From the NCBI GenBank assembly GCA_016192685.1, contig JACPTS010000001.1, positions 33,412 through 97,411 on the forward strand: a stretch of 64,000 bases of DNA. Direction: 5' to 3'. Position 1 is the first letter of the stretch. Each line of letters opens with the position of its first letter. Positions 20,008-29,186 of this stretch are shown one piece after another. The position numbers and the translations under genes were made by a program. This stretch comes from Candidatus Harrisonbacteria bacterium (GTDB lineage: Bacteria; Patescibacteriota; Minisyncoccia; UBA6257; 02-FULL-45-10c). The notes under the pieces were generated by a model. That model had not been told where the DNA came from, made no database searches, and saw nothing but the letters and a program-made list of their open reading frames with translations.

Positions 20008-20221
20008 TCGTACGGCAACTACGGAGCTTCATCACTCCCAACCAACAACAATATAAAGAAAAACTCGGATAAAAAAGAAGTCGGCATGCTTCATAGAGCA
20101 ACTACGGAGGCGCTAAAAGCTTGTTCTTTTGCGAAGCAAAAGTTTTAGCGCCGAGGCGTAGATGCGCTCCGCAGCTAGAGCGGAGCGACATCGGTGCTCA
20201 TAGAAGTATGCTGACTTCTTA
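20008..20221 (+). repeat. structured intergenic repeat family 1, copy 1 (complete unit about 20079..20221 plus partial upstream duplication)
   Basis: shares gcaactacggag...tttcgcgaagcaaaag...cgaggcgtag core with 37804..37952 and 63517..63667; copy-specific terminal inverted repeat aagaagtc(g/a)gcat(g/a)cttcatagagc. Confidence 0.6.
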
Positions 20222-20227
20222 AAAAAT

Positions 20228-20668
20228 CTATCCGAGTTTTTCGCGAACCACCCCACTGATCATTTTCCCATCCGCTTTCCCCTTCAACTCTGCCATCACT
20301 GCTTTCATAACAAGTCCCTGATTGCTTTTATCCGCAAGCCCAGCTAAAACTTTTTCCACTGCCGCCACCACTTCTCCCCGAGACATTTGTTTGGGCAAAT
20401 AAACTTCCAAAAGCGCCAGTTCGGATTTTTCTTTCTCCGCCAGCTCCGGACGGCCGCCTTTTTCAAAGGCTTCTACTGACTCTTTGCGTTTTTTTGCTTC
20501 CCGCAATAAAACTTGCATCACTTCCTCATCAGTCAAAACTGCGTCTTTCCCTTTAGCAATGGCTTGATTTTGCAACGCGGCATTAAGCATCCGCAAAACG
20601 CCGACTTTATCGGCATTCCCAGCTTTCATTGCGTCTTTTAAATCTTGAATAAGCTTCTGCTGAAGCAT
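20228..20668 (-). CDS. GatB/YqeY domain protein
   Basis: characteristic LTDEEVMQVLLREAKKRKESVEAFEKGGRPELAEKEKSELALLEVYLP. Confidence 0.7.
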   Translation of the reverse strand: MLQQKLIQDLKDAMKAGNADKVGVLRMLNAALQNQAIAKGKDAVLTDEEVMQVLLREAKKRKESVEAFEKGGRPELAEKEKSELALLEVYLPKQMSRGEVVAAVEKVLAGLADKSNQGLVMKAVMAELKGKADGKMISGVVREKLG

Positions 20669-20679
20669 AAAATAATAAT

Positions 20680-20889
20680 CTACAAAAGCCCAAGCTTTTT
20701 CGCTTTCTCCACTTCTTTTTGCTTTTCCACGCGATAAAGAGCCGCGATTTTTCTTTTTAATCGGTTTTTCGGACGGGCGCGAAATCGCCGCTTTTTTGCT
20801 TCTTTTAAAACTCCGCTTTGCTGAATTTTTTTAGAAAAGCGATACAAAAGCGAACCAGTTGTTTCTCCTTCTTTTTTTCGTACAAACAT
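20680..20889 (-). CDS. rpsU: 30S ribosomal protein S21
   Basis: VRKKEGE...LYRFSKK...GVLKEAKKRRFRARPKNRLKRK pattern. Confidence 0.6.
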   Translation of the reverse strand: MFVRKKEGETTGSLLYRFSKKIQQSGVLKEAKKRRFRARPKNRLKRKIAALYRVEKQKEVEKAKKLGLL

Positions 20890-20914
20890 GTTTTATATAA
20901 TAACAATTAAAAAA

Positions 20915-21274
20915 TTATTTATCAAGACTGGGGTGCGGCAAATGATTCCCTTCATTTTTAGACCAACCGCCAAGCAAATGCAAATGCAAATGGTCAATTA
21001 TCTGTCCGCCTTCCCGGCCGACATTAAAAACCAATTTATAGCCTTTTAATCCCCGCTTTTCCGCCAAGTCTTTAGCAATATAAATAAGAGCGGCCAAAAT
21101 ATCCCGATGATTGCCCTCTAAATGAGCAATGGACTGGATATGTTCTTTTGGCACCACTAAAATATGGACCGGAGCTGAAGGGCGGATATCCTTAAAAGCC
21201 AAGACTTGGCTATCTTCATACAAAAATTCAGTCGGCAATTCTTTTTTAGAAATTTTACAAAAAACGCACTCCAT
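20915..21274 (-). CDS. HIT-family (histidine triad) nucleotide hydrolase
   Basis: HLHLHLLGG histidine triad. Confidence 0.85.
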   Translation of the reverse strand: MECVFCKISKKELPTEFLYEDSQVLAFKDIRPSAPVHILVVPKEHIQSIAHLEGNHRDILAALIYIAKDLAEKRGLKGYKLVFNVGREGGQIIDHLHLHLLGGWSKNEGNHLPHPSLDK

Positions 21275-22599
21275 TATTTTAATCTTTTCTTCACTTCACT
21301 CACCAATTTCCTTAATGGCACAGTTTCTTGAACGCCATTTTTCAAATCCCGGATAATGATTGATTCTTCAAAAGCTTCTTTTTGGCCGAAAATAAGGGTG
21401 TAATCCGAACCCTCCTTGTTAGCGGAACGAAGCTGGGCCCCCAATGAATCTTTGCCAAGCGATTCCTTAACCGGCACTCCTTCGTCCCGCAAAGATTCAA
21501 TGAGTTTCAGGCTTCTTTTTTTGGCCAGTTCACCGATATGGATAAAAAATACTCCCGGCTTTTTACGAAGGCTTAAATTAACTTTGGCCGCTTTCATTAC
21601 CTCTATTAATCTTTCCAGCCCCACTGCTCCGCCTACGCCCGCGTTGGTTCTCGCTCCGAAAAGCTCCATCAGATAATCGTAGCGGCCGCCGCTAGCCAGG
21701 GCAAAATCAAATTTCCGGCCATCCTCCGAAACGGTATTGGTAAAAAATTCAAAAACGGTTTTATTGTAATAATCCAACCCCCGAACCAGCTGATTATCCA
21801 ATACATAAGATAAATCCAATTCCTCCAAAAATTCCAAAACATGCTTCAGGTGCCGGCTGCAGCTGACGCAAAGATTATCCAGAATAATCGGCGCTTCGCT
21901 TTTAAACTTCTGGCAATCTTCATTTTTGCAATCAAGGAGACGAAGCGGATTTTGCTTAAGGCGGTTCCGACAATCCCGGCATAACTTAGCCGCCAGCGGC
22001 CGATAATAAGCAATCAATTTTTTCCGATAATTCGGCCGGCAAATGCGGCAGCCGATGCTGTTGATGTGGAGAGAAATATCTTTAATTTTTAAATTTTCCA
22101 GCAGCCGGAAAATCGCAAGAATGACCTGGGCATCATAGACCGCATCGCTGTCGCCGCCCATAATTTCAAATCCCGCCTGATGGAATTGCCGAAAACGTCC
22201 GGCTTGCGGCTGTTCTTTGCGGAACATCGGGCCCAAATAAAAAAGTTTTAGCGGCTGGCCAAGATGGCTTAACCCATGCTGGACATAAGCCCGGACGATT
22301 CCGGCCGTTCCCTCCGGTCGGAGCACAAACCTATCGCCGGAAGTGCTTTTTAACACAAACATCTCTTTCTCCACGATATCAGAAGTTTCGCCCAAAGATT
22401 TTTCAAAAATCTCCGCTCTTTCCATCAGCACCGTGTCAATCCTATGGAAATTGTAATAATCGGCAATATAATCAATTTCCTGGCGGATTTTATCCCACCA
22501 CGGCTGATCTTGAGGCAAGATATCATGCATTCCCTTTGGGGAATGTAAATTTTGTAATTTAGATTTACTCATAAACTTTATGGACTTTATGACTTTCAA
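21274..22599 (-). CDS. hisS: histidine--tRNA ligase
   Basis: class II aaRS motifs (RPEGTAGIVRAY), HisS-like N-terminus GMHDILP, anticodon-binding C-terminus; 441 aa. Confidence 0.85.
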   Translation of the reverse strand: MKVIKSIKFMSKSKLQNLHSPKGMHDILPQDQPWWDKIRQEIDYIADYYNFHRIDTVLMERAEIFEKSLGETSDIVEKEMFVLKSTSGDRFVLRPEGTAGIVRAYVQHGLSHLGQPLKLFYLGPMFRKEQPQAGRFRQFHQAGFEIMGGDSDAVYDAQVILAIFRLLENLKIKDISLHINSIGCRICRPNYRKKLIAYYRPLAAKLCRDCRNRLKQNPLRLLDCKNEDCQKFKSEAPIILDNLCVSCSRHLKHVLEFLEELDLSYVLDNQLVRGLDYYNKTVFEFFTNTVSEDGRKFDFALASGGRYDYLMELFGARTNAGVGGAVGLERLIEVMKAAKVNLSLRKKPGVFFIHIGELAKKRSLKLIESLRDEGVPVKESLGKDSLGAQLRSANKEGSDYTLIFGQKEAFEESIIIRDLKNGVQETVPLRKLVSEVKKRLK

Positions 22600-23139
22600 C
22601 TAATACGAGAACGCTTGCGCTTTATTAATCGGCAATAGCCTTAATCTGGCTATGCCAATTATATATTTTTTATCCAGCGGCCCCCAGCTTCTTGAATCAT
22701 AACTATAATTACGATTATCTCCTAACACAAAATATTCGTTATCGCTTAAAATCTTAGTAAGATTGCCGGAAGTAAGCCGCCCCGGCGACAAATAATCTTC
22801 TGGCAACGCCAAGCCGTCAGGAAATTCTTGATTAGAAATAGTAACCTTGCCCTGCTGAATAACTACTTTTTCTCCGGGCAATCCGACAATTCTCTTAATA
22901 TAATAAGTAGAAGGGTTATTCGGGTACCTGAAAACTATCACCTCTCCTCTTTTCGGCTCGCGAAACTGATAAGTAACCTCATCAATAATCAGATAATTGC
23001 CGGTGCTGAAAGTCGGATCCATGCTGGCGCCGCTGACCAGAAACGGCTGGATTAAAAAAGTTCTAATCACAAAAACCGTTGCCACCGCAACTATGACTAC
23101 TTCCAATACTTCCCAAACGGCTAATAAAAAAGATTTCAT
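22600..23139 (-). CDS. lepB: signal peptidase I
   Basis: GASMDPTF (Ser box), KRIVGLPGE (Lys box), VLGDNRNYSYDSRSWG. Confidence 0.85.
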   Translation of the reverse strand: MKSFLLAVWEVLEVVIVAVATVFVIRTFLIQPFLVSGASMDPTFSTGNYLIIDEVTYQFREPKRGEVIVFRYPNNPSTYYIKRIVGLPGEKVVIQQGKVTISNQEFPDGLALPEDYLSPGRLTSGNLTKILSDNEYFVLGDNRNYSYDSRSWGPLDKKYIIGIARLRLLPINKAQAFSY

Positions 23140-23173
23140 GGCTGAATAGCATTTATTTTACTATAATAAAAAG

Positions 23174-23671
23174 ATGGATACAAGCAAACCGAATTTTGAG
23201 CTAATCATTGGCCTAGGAAATCCTGATAAAAAATATGAAAATACCTACCATAATGTCGGGCATCTTTTTGCAGACTACTTAAGCAGTCACATGTCACATG
23301 TCACGTGTCACATGTTAAAATCGGATGTCTACATGAACGAATCCGGAGCTTTTGTTAAAAAAATGCTTAAAAAATATGGCGCCAAACCAGAAGAGCTGCT
23401 GATTGCCCACGATGATAGTGACATTACTCTTGGAGACTATAAATTTTCTTTCGGCCGCGGAGCCGCCGGCCATCATGGCATAGAGAATATCCAAGCCGTC
23501 CTCAAAACAAAAAACTTCTGGCGGCTTCGCATTGGCATAAGACCTATAAGTCCAATAGGACTTATAAAATTAAAACGCCTCAAAGCGGGAAAATTCGTGC
23601 TTAAAAAAATCACCGCTGCCGATAAAAAAATCCTGGGAGAAATTTTTAAGCAGATAGATAGTAAACTATAA
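23174..23671 (+). CDS. pth: peptidyl-tRNA hydrolase
   Basis: LIIGLGNPDKKYENTYHNVG N-terminal signature; contains heptamer tandem repeat at 23287..23314. Confidence 0.85.
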   Translation: MDTSKPNFELIIGLGNPDKKYENTYHNVGHLFADYLSSHMSHVTCHMLKSDVYMNESGAFVKKMLKKYGAKPEELLIAHDDSDITLGDYKFSFGRGAAGHHGIENIQAVLKTKNFWRLRIGIRPISPIGLIKLKRLKAGKFVLKKITAADKKILGEIFKQIDSKL

Positions 23672-25171
23672 CTTGAAGGTAATCGTGAAGGAGACGCTCT
23701 TATCTAAATTAGCAACAATATTGGAAAGCGGCAGAGTAACGCCCCGAAAGCCTTCTTTAATCAAGGCATTTTTAAAAGCGAGAGCCGCCGCTTCGTTGTC
23801 CGCCCGGCCGCTCAATAGCGCGCTGGCCTGCTGAGAATCCATCAAAATCCGCTCCAGCGAAATGCCGCGGCCCGCCAAAACGATAATTTTAGAAAACAAC
23901 GGAGAGCGGCCAACGCTTTGTTCTTTAGCAACGGAAGCTTTATCCACTAATTGATTAAATTGCCTGGCTTTCGCCTGAAGCTCCGCCACTTCCGCTCCTC
24001 CCGGTTCTCGGACTACTACCCGCAATTGCTTCCCCAAATTAACGGAGGTTTGATAAATAACGCTGTCCGCCAAAATAAAAAGTAAAACTAAAAATCCCAG
24101 AGTGGCAATAAAAACATTACGCCAAATTTTGATAAAAAATTGAATCTGTGAATACCAGTATTCTTTTTCCGTGCCCACTGCCGTTAAACTGATTAATTTA
24201 TCCTCGGAACGCGGAATTTTTCCGCGAAGCGCGCTGCCAATAACCCCAAACCAGCCAGCCTCCAAATTCGGCAGCCCCTCCAATTTAAGATCTGCCACCT
24301 CAAATTGAAAATTTTCTTTGATAAAATTGGAAATTTCGGCATTTAAAGCCTGGGTAATTAAAATTAGCCTCCCCAGCCTCCCCTCCCAATGGCTGCCGTA
24401 AAAAGTAACCACCTTTTTAATTTCTCGGATAACGGTATCTTTAAATTCCGAAAATGGTATTTCCGAACTAAGTTCTCCGTCTGCCGGAATCAGCTTCCAG
24501 GGACTAAAGTAATGGAAATATAAATTGCCGCGGCGAAGAACCATAAAATCAATGCCGTCGCTGGCAACATTAAAAACCACCTGCGGCTTTTCAATGTCAA
24601 TTCCAACCGCCAGCGCTTGGATTGCCCGGCTGATTGCCAAAGCCGGAAACTCCACCGCTACGGCCGCGAATCCGGCCGATTCCAAACATTGCTGGTAATC
24701 ATCAATGGCGGCGCGATCGGCAAAAGCCGCCAAAACTTCCAGTTTCCCGTCTTTTTCCTGAAGGCCGATCTCCTGCCAATCGGCATATCCAGCCCCAAGA
24801 TCAATCGGAGAAATGCTTTTTAAATTCAAATTTGCCGCCTCCTCCAGGCTTTGCCCGGATAAAAGCGGCGTATTAAACACTTGAGTATAAACATTAGCCG
24901 AAGGAACGCTTAAAATAGCCAGCACTTTTTCTTTAGAACCGGCAAATTCAGCCTGCAAACGTTTTAAGCCGGCAATTAAACGGGCTTTGTCTTTAACCCG
25001 GCCGCCCCCAATAACGCCCGGCTCCAAAGTAACGGCTGCCTTTTTTAATAAGCCGTCCTGAAATTGGGCGATTCTCAAAACGGTATCTTTAATCTCCAAA
25101 CCGGCAATATTAGTTTTCGGAAAAAGCAATCCCTTGCTAAATTCTAAAAATTTTTTAAATGAAAAGACCAT
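23666..25171 (-). CDS. type IV pilus assembly PilM (actin-like ATPase) fused to PilN-like membrane/periplasmic domain
   Basis: N-terminal PilM-like domain (IAGLEIKDTVLRIAQF...), central TM helix, C-terminal PilN-like region; sits in the pilus locus. Confidence 0.55.
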   Translation of the reverse strand: MVFSFKKFLEFSKGLLFPKTNIAGLEIKDTVLRIAQFQDGLLKKAAVTLEPGVIGGGRVKDKARLIAGLKRLQAEFAGSKEKVLAILSVPSANVYTQVFNTPLLSGQSLEEAANLNLKSISPIDLGAGYADWQEIGLQEKDGKLEVLAAFADRAAIDDYQQCLESAGFAAVAVEFPALAISRAIQALAVGIDIEKPQVVFNVASDGIDFMVLRRGNLYFHYFSPWKLIPADGELSSEIPFSEFKDTVIREIKKVVTFYGSHWEGRLGRLILITQALNAEISNFIKENFQFEVADLKLEGLPNLEAGWFGVIGSALRGKIPRSEDKLISLTAVGTEKEYWYSQIQFFIKIWRNVFIATLGFLVLLFILADSVIYQTSVNLGKQLRVVVREPGGAEVAELQAKARQFNQLVDKASVAKEQSVGRSPLFSKIIVLAGRGISLERILMDSQQASALLSGRADNEAAALAFKNALIKEGFRGVTLPLSNIVANLDKSVSFTITFKL

Positions 25172-25178
25172 GAATATC

Positions 25179-25616
25179 TTATAATGATACCTCTTTTAAA
25201 GACTCTAATCTAACTTCACCGGTAGTAGAATCAACATTTAAAATTACCTCTAAACTGCGCCTTCTGGTCTGCGCCTTACCGACAGAAATTATCTTATGCT
25301 TCCCAATCGCAATACAGGGTAATTCCCGGCAGACCGAAACATCAGCGGAATAATTCCCTACCGCCAAAGTAGTGGTAGCGCTGGTATAAGTTTTATCCCT
25401 AACCAACTTCAGGATGGCATCTGCCGCGCCGGCTTTGGCCGCCAGCATCGCATCCGCGGATAATTTATTGCCAAACTCCGATTCAATAAAAATATACGAA
25501 GTAGCTGTAATCGCAATAATGATTTCCGCCACTAAACCGCCAAGAATTAAAATCGTCGGCAAAGCCGCTACTCCCTTATTTTGACACTTGATACTTGACA
25601 CTTGACACTTAAACAT
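25179..25616 (-). CDS. pilus-associated single-TM protein (PilO/minor-pilin-like?), 145 aa
   Basis: N-terminal TM helix, context between pilM/N and pilin-like genes; N-terminus encoded by heptamer repeat 25581..25608. Confidence 0.3.
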   Translation of the reverse strand: MFKCQVSSIKCQNKGVAALPTILILGGLVAEIIIAITATSYIFIESEFGNKLSADAMLAAKAGAADAILKLVRDKTYTSATTTLAVGNYSADVSVCRELPCIAIGKHKIISVGKAQTRRRSLEVILNVDSTTGEVRLESLKEVSL

Positions 25617-25618
25617 AA

Positions 25619-27445
25619 TTAACGGGACCAGTTAATAATTACGTCATCAACCCGCGGCAAACTCGCGCCAGCCGCGTCAAAAAACGCCTTATACCTGAAA
25701 TAACGCTTGTTATTATGGTCAGCCGAACGGACTTTCGCCTGAACATTCGGGCCAGCCGGCGCGTAATAACCTGCGCCAGAGCCATCGGAACCCAAATAAT
25801 TCCACGGGCCGGAACTGCTGTTGGAAGAAGCAATCTGGAATTTCACCGCCGTTCCGGACGGCTGGTTGCCCTGCCACATAATGCTATTTAAAGCCGCGCC
25901 GCCGGAAACGCCGGTATCAAACACGCTGGAAATCAAAATACAATTGCTATCGCAACTGGCCGGGATATATTCCAACCCCTGAGGATGCTTAAACTGCCCG
26001 TTACCGGTGCCGTTAGTCCCCCACTTGGTAACAAAAATCCCGAAACCGTCAAATTTCTGGACACGGTCATTATCGCCGTCGGAAACATAAATATTATTTG
26101 CCTGATCGGCAGTCACGCTTTGCGGTTTATTAAACTGCCCGTTACCGGTGCCGTTGGTTCCCCATTTCAGAAGAAAATTACCATTGGAGTCAAATTTCTG
26201 GATTCTGTCATTCCCAAGATCGGCAACAAAAATATTGTTTAAATTATCAACGCCAACGCCTTGCGGGAATTTAAACTGCCCGTTCCCGGTGCCGTTAGTT
26301 CCCCACTTCAAAAGAAAATTCCCGCTGGAGTCAAATTTCTGGACGCGGTCATTATCACGGTCAGCGACATAAACATTATTGGCGCTATCCACTGCCACAT
26401 CCTGCGGCTTTTTGAATTTTCCGTCACTGGAACCGTTAGAACCCCACTCCAGAAGAAAATTGCCGCTGGAATTGAATTTTTGAATCCGGTCATTATCTAA
26501 ATCAGCGATATAAATATTATTAGCGCTGTCTATCGCAATCCCCTGGGGATGCCCAAATTCTCCGGGGTCATTTCCGCTGGTACCCCACTTCAAAAGAAAA
26601 TTCCCGCTGGAGTCAAATTTCTGGACGCGGTCATTGTCTTTATCCGTAACATAAACATTATTCAGGCTGTCAATCGCCACTCCATACGGTTTTTTAAACT
26701 GCCCGTTACCGGTGCCGTTAGTCCCCCACTTGGTAACAAAAATCCCGAAACCGTCAAATTTCTGGACACGGTCATTATCGCGGTCAGCGACATAAATATT
26801 GACTAAATTATTAGTAACCGGCGTAATAGAGCCGGACGTGGTGGTAAAATCAACATTGGTCTGGGAAGTAAATTTATTATTTACTGAAGTTATCGGGCCT
26901 TCCTGTCCGGCGCCGCCGGACCAATCGGTCTGGCGGAAAACTTCATTTGGCCAGCGAGTTAAATAAACTTCTGACGTAACAATTGGCGAAGAACCGCTGA
27001 TTGACCAACTCGCCGCTCCGGTAATTTTTTGGGTGGAAGGGTCATCATTTAAAGCATTATAAACCGATTCAATATTGCCGCTGGCATTCCGGGAAACATT
27101 TTCAATATAAAAATAAACCGTATAAACATTGTTATTGACGTTCGTCTGCTGGTCACCGCTCTCAATCGCCAGCTGACCGGTAGAAGTGGCGACATAATAA
27201 TGATTAGCTGAACCTTTATTCAAGCCATAAAGATTTTGCCAATTCTTTCCTCCTAAAGCAGCGACATTATCAGCCATGGAATTAATCAAAGACGAAGCAA
27301 TTTCATATTGCTGGGACAGCTGGCTGGAACGGAGCACTAAAAATAAAGCTCCGGAAGCAACTCCAAGCATGGTTACGCCAACGCCTAAAGCAACGACTAG
27401 CTCAATTAAAGATTGGCCGCGAACCGAATTTCTGTCCCAAGACAT
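25619..27445 (-). CDS. pilin-like (type IV prepilin N-terminus) protein with six-bladed NHL-repeat beta-propeller
   Basis: N-terminal GQSLIELVVALGVGV prepilin-type helix; six ~47-aa NHL repeats (DRDNDRVQKFD..G.F...WGT.GTGNGQF..P.GV.VD..NN.YV.D). Confidence 0.6.
   Translation of the reverse strand: MSWDRNSVRGQSLIELVVALGVGVTMLGVASGALFLVLRSSQLSQQYEIASSLINSMADNVAALGGKNWQNLYGLNKGSANHYYVATSTGQLAIESGDQQTNVNNNVYTVYFYIENVSRNASGNIESVYNALNDDPSTQKITGAASWSISGSSPIVTSEVYLTRWPNEVFRQTDWSGGAGQEGPITSVNNKFTSQTNVDFTTTSGSITPVTNNLVNIYVADRDNDRVQKFDGFGIFVTKWGTNGTGNGQFKKPYGVAIDSLNNVYVTDKDNDRVQKFDSSGNFLLKWGTSGNDPGEFGHPQGIAIDSANNIYIADLDNDRIQKFNSSGNFLLEWGSNGSSDGKFKKPQDVAVDSANNVYVADRDNDRVQKFDSSGNFLLKWGTNGTGNGQFKFPQGVGVDNLNNIFVADLGNDRIQKFDSNGNFLLKWGTNGTGNGQFNKPQSVTADQANNIYVSDGDNDRVQKFDGFGIFVTKWGTNGTGNGQFKHPQGLEYIPASCDSNCILISSVFDTGVSGGAALNSIMWQGNQPSGTAVKFQIASSNSSSGPWNYLGSDGSGAGYYAPAGPNVQAKVRSADHNNKRYFRYKAFFDAAGASLPRVDDVIINWSR
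25960..26815. repeat. six near-identical ~141-bp tandem coding repeats (NHL units)
   Basis: first and last units nearly identical at DNA level; explains spurious plus-strand ORFs 25985..26806. Confidence 0.8.
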
Positions 27446-27462
27446 ATTTTAATTTTATCACA

Positions 27463-27705
27463 CTAAAAAGGGGCAGTCAGACTATTAAGAATTTTAGTTT
27501 TTTGCTGGGGAGTTAAAGTTTCTTTATGCTTGGCATTTAAAGTGGATAAAATCCGTGCTTTTTCCTCCGCGCTTAAAGCCGGCGGCGAAAAAACCGGACT
27601 GGTCCCGGCTGGACTTAAAAATCGGCCGCTGTTAAGCGAACTATACCAAATCAAAAACGCCAAAACCGCCACGGAAAAAATTATGATTAAATATTTATTA
27701 TTCAT
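27463..27705 (-). CDS. small membrane-anchored protein (80 aa)
   Basis: N-terminal TM helix. Confidence 0.3.
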   Translation of the reverse strand: MNNKYLIIIFSVAVLAFLIWYSSLNSGRFLSPAGTSPVFSPPALSAEEKARILSTLNAKHKETLTPQQKTKILNSLTAPF

Positions 27706-27713
27706 AATTCAAG

Positions 27714-28316
27714 TTATCGAAAGCAGGAGAACGTGCAAGAACTGAAACTTTGGGCCCGACCCTGAACCGACGCGGAATTTTGGTTCTCCACACTGCAAAC
27801 TTGGCCTGCAAAAGAGCTTGGTAGCATGATTCGCTCTCCGGCATTGCACTTGCATGTCGGATTATTATAAGGAAAATCTTCAGCCACCACTCCGCAAGTA
27901 CCGACATAAGAGCTGCTCAGCGTGGTAAGTGCCCAGGCCGCGTTGCCGTTCACGTCCGAGGCAGTCAGCACCTTGTTTGCCTCCGGGCTTCCGCCGCGGA
28001 TGCGAAGCTGGCCGTTAACGTCAAGTTTTTGCGAAGGGTCAGCCGCGCCAATGCCGACGTTGCCTGTCATCAGCAAAATAGGAGACGCATCCATCCTCAA
28101 CTTTACATACCCGCCTTGATACGCTGACAGCGAGGCATCATTTGCAACTGAATCCCATGTCAGCGAGACGCGGCCATCCACGTCTGAAGCCGTCCCTTCA
28201 CCCGAAGCAAATCCGCCTATGACAGATAACGTCCGATTTGGATTCGCCGTCCCAATGCCAACATTGCCGCTGGAAACAATTAAGCCGTTAACAGCGCCGC
28301 CGGTGTTTAAAATCAA
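27714..28316 (-). CDS. fibre-like secreted protein, paralogue A (TTG start; GNVGIGT(A/T)NP motif; Cys-rich C-terminus)
   Basis: first 23 codons and ~120 bp upstream identical to paralogue B; upstream ATG-initiated signal peptide lies in the +1 frame. Confidence 0.4.
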   Translation of the reverse strand: MILNTGGAVNGLIVSSGNVGIGTANPNRTLSVIGGFASGEGTASDVDGRVSLTWDSVANDASLSAYQGGYVKLRMDASPILLMTGNVGIGAADPSQKLDVNGQLRIRGGSPEANKVLTASDVNGNAAWALTTLSSSYVGTCGVVAEDFPYNNPTCKCNAGERIMLPSSFAGQVCSVENQNSASVQGRAQSFSSCTFSCFR

Positions 28317-28488
28317 GCCGCCAGTTTTAGACTGGCCGGTAGAGCCGGTATTAAGAGGCGCGGCCGCGTTGCCGCCGGGCGGAGCAACTATAAACCGATA
28401 GCAAAACCACTATGCTAAGAATGATGACTTTTAAGGAATCTTTAATTATGTAGGTCATAAATATCTTAATTATATCATATATTATTTC

Positions 28489-28989
28489 TCATTGGTTGCC
28501 GATCGCCATAACCGTTACCACGCCCGAGTCTAACGGATTGCCGTCATAATTGCCACAGCCGACATAGGCCTTGTCACTAGTAAAAGGATAGAAAATTGTA
28601 CCTCTACCCAGCTGAAACATGATCGAAGCTGCTGCTGTATCAGTTCTCTGGCAGGCACCCGTGACAGCGTAGTTTACATTCCCGAATGGTGTCTTCCAAT
28701 AGACCGAGTAGGAACCTGTACCCTCACGTATGACCCTGAGGACATTGAAAGATTCCCGGATGGCGCAATTAGTGCTTGGGCAGCCAGCGGACGTTCCGTC
28801 AAAGTTCACCCACGCCTTAAAGATATTCTCTTTTGTGATTGTATTCGCGGCAGGCGTAGCGGGCGCAGAGCCCGTGACCTTAACCGCGCCTGAAACCTCT
28901 AAGGCCTGAGTAGGATTTGTTGTCCCAATGCCAACATTGCCGCTGGAAACAATTAAGCCGTTAACAGCGCCGCCGGTGTTTAAAATCAA
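28489..28989 (-). CDS. fibre-like secreted protein, paralogue B (same N-terminal module, different C-terminal domain)
   Basis: as above. Confidence 0.4.
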   Translation of the reverse strand: MILNTGGAVNGLIVSSGNVGIGTTNPTQALEVSGAVKVTGSAPATPAANTITKENIFKAWVNFDGTSAGCPSTNCAIRESFNVLRVIREGTGSYSVYWKTPFGNVNYAVTGACQRTDTAAASIMFQLGRGTIFYPFTSDKAYVGCGNYDGNPLDSGVVTVMAIGNQ

Positions 28990-29165
28990 GCCGCCAGTTT
29001 TAGACTGGCCGGTAGAGCCGGTATTAAGAGGCGCGGCCGCGTTGCCGCCGGGCGGAGCAACTTGTCGGCTCTACCCAGCCGCCTTGCGCCAGCACTAAAT
29101 AAACCGATAGCAAAACCACTATGCTAAGAATGATGACTTTTAAGGAATCTTTGATAAGGTGGAAC
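28990..29165. repeat. duplicated 5' module (copy 2; copy 1 at 28317..28440) with 36-nt indel
   Basis: direct comparison of the two upstream regions. Confidence 0.8.
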
Positions 29166-29186
29166 ATAAATTTAAATAATTACTAA

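Noticed and set aside
24617-24876. Two overlapping plus-strand ORFs inside the pilM/N gene
   Set aside because: Antisense to a 501-aa gene with clear domain architecture.
25985-26806. Five plus-strand ORFs (25985.., 26148.., 26261.., 26549.. and minus 26308..) with repetitive sequences
   Set aside because: They are frame-shifted or antisense readings of the 141-bp NHL tandem repeats inside gene 25619..27445; their repetitiveness mirrors the coding repeat, not independent genes. Not a CRISPR array either: units are contiguous with no spacers.
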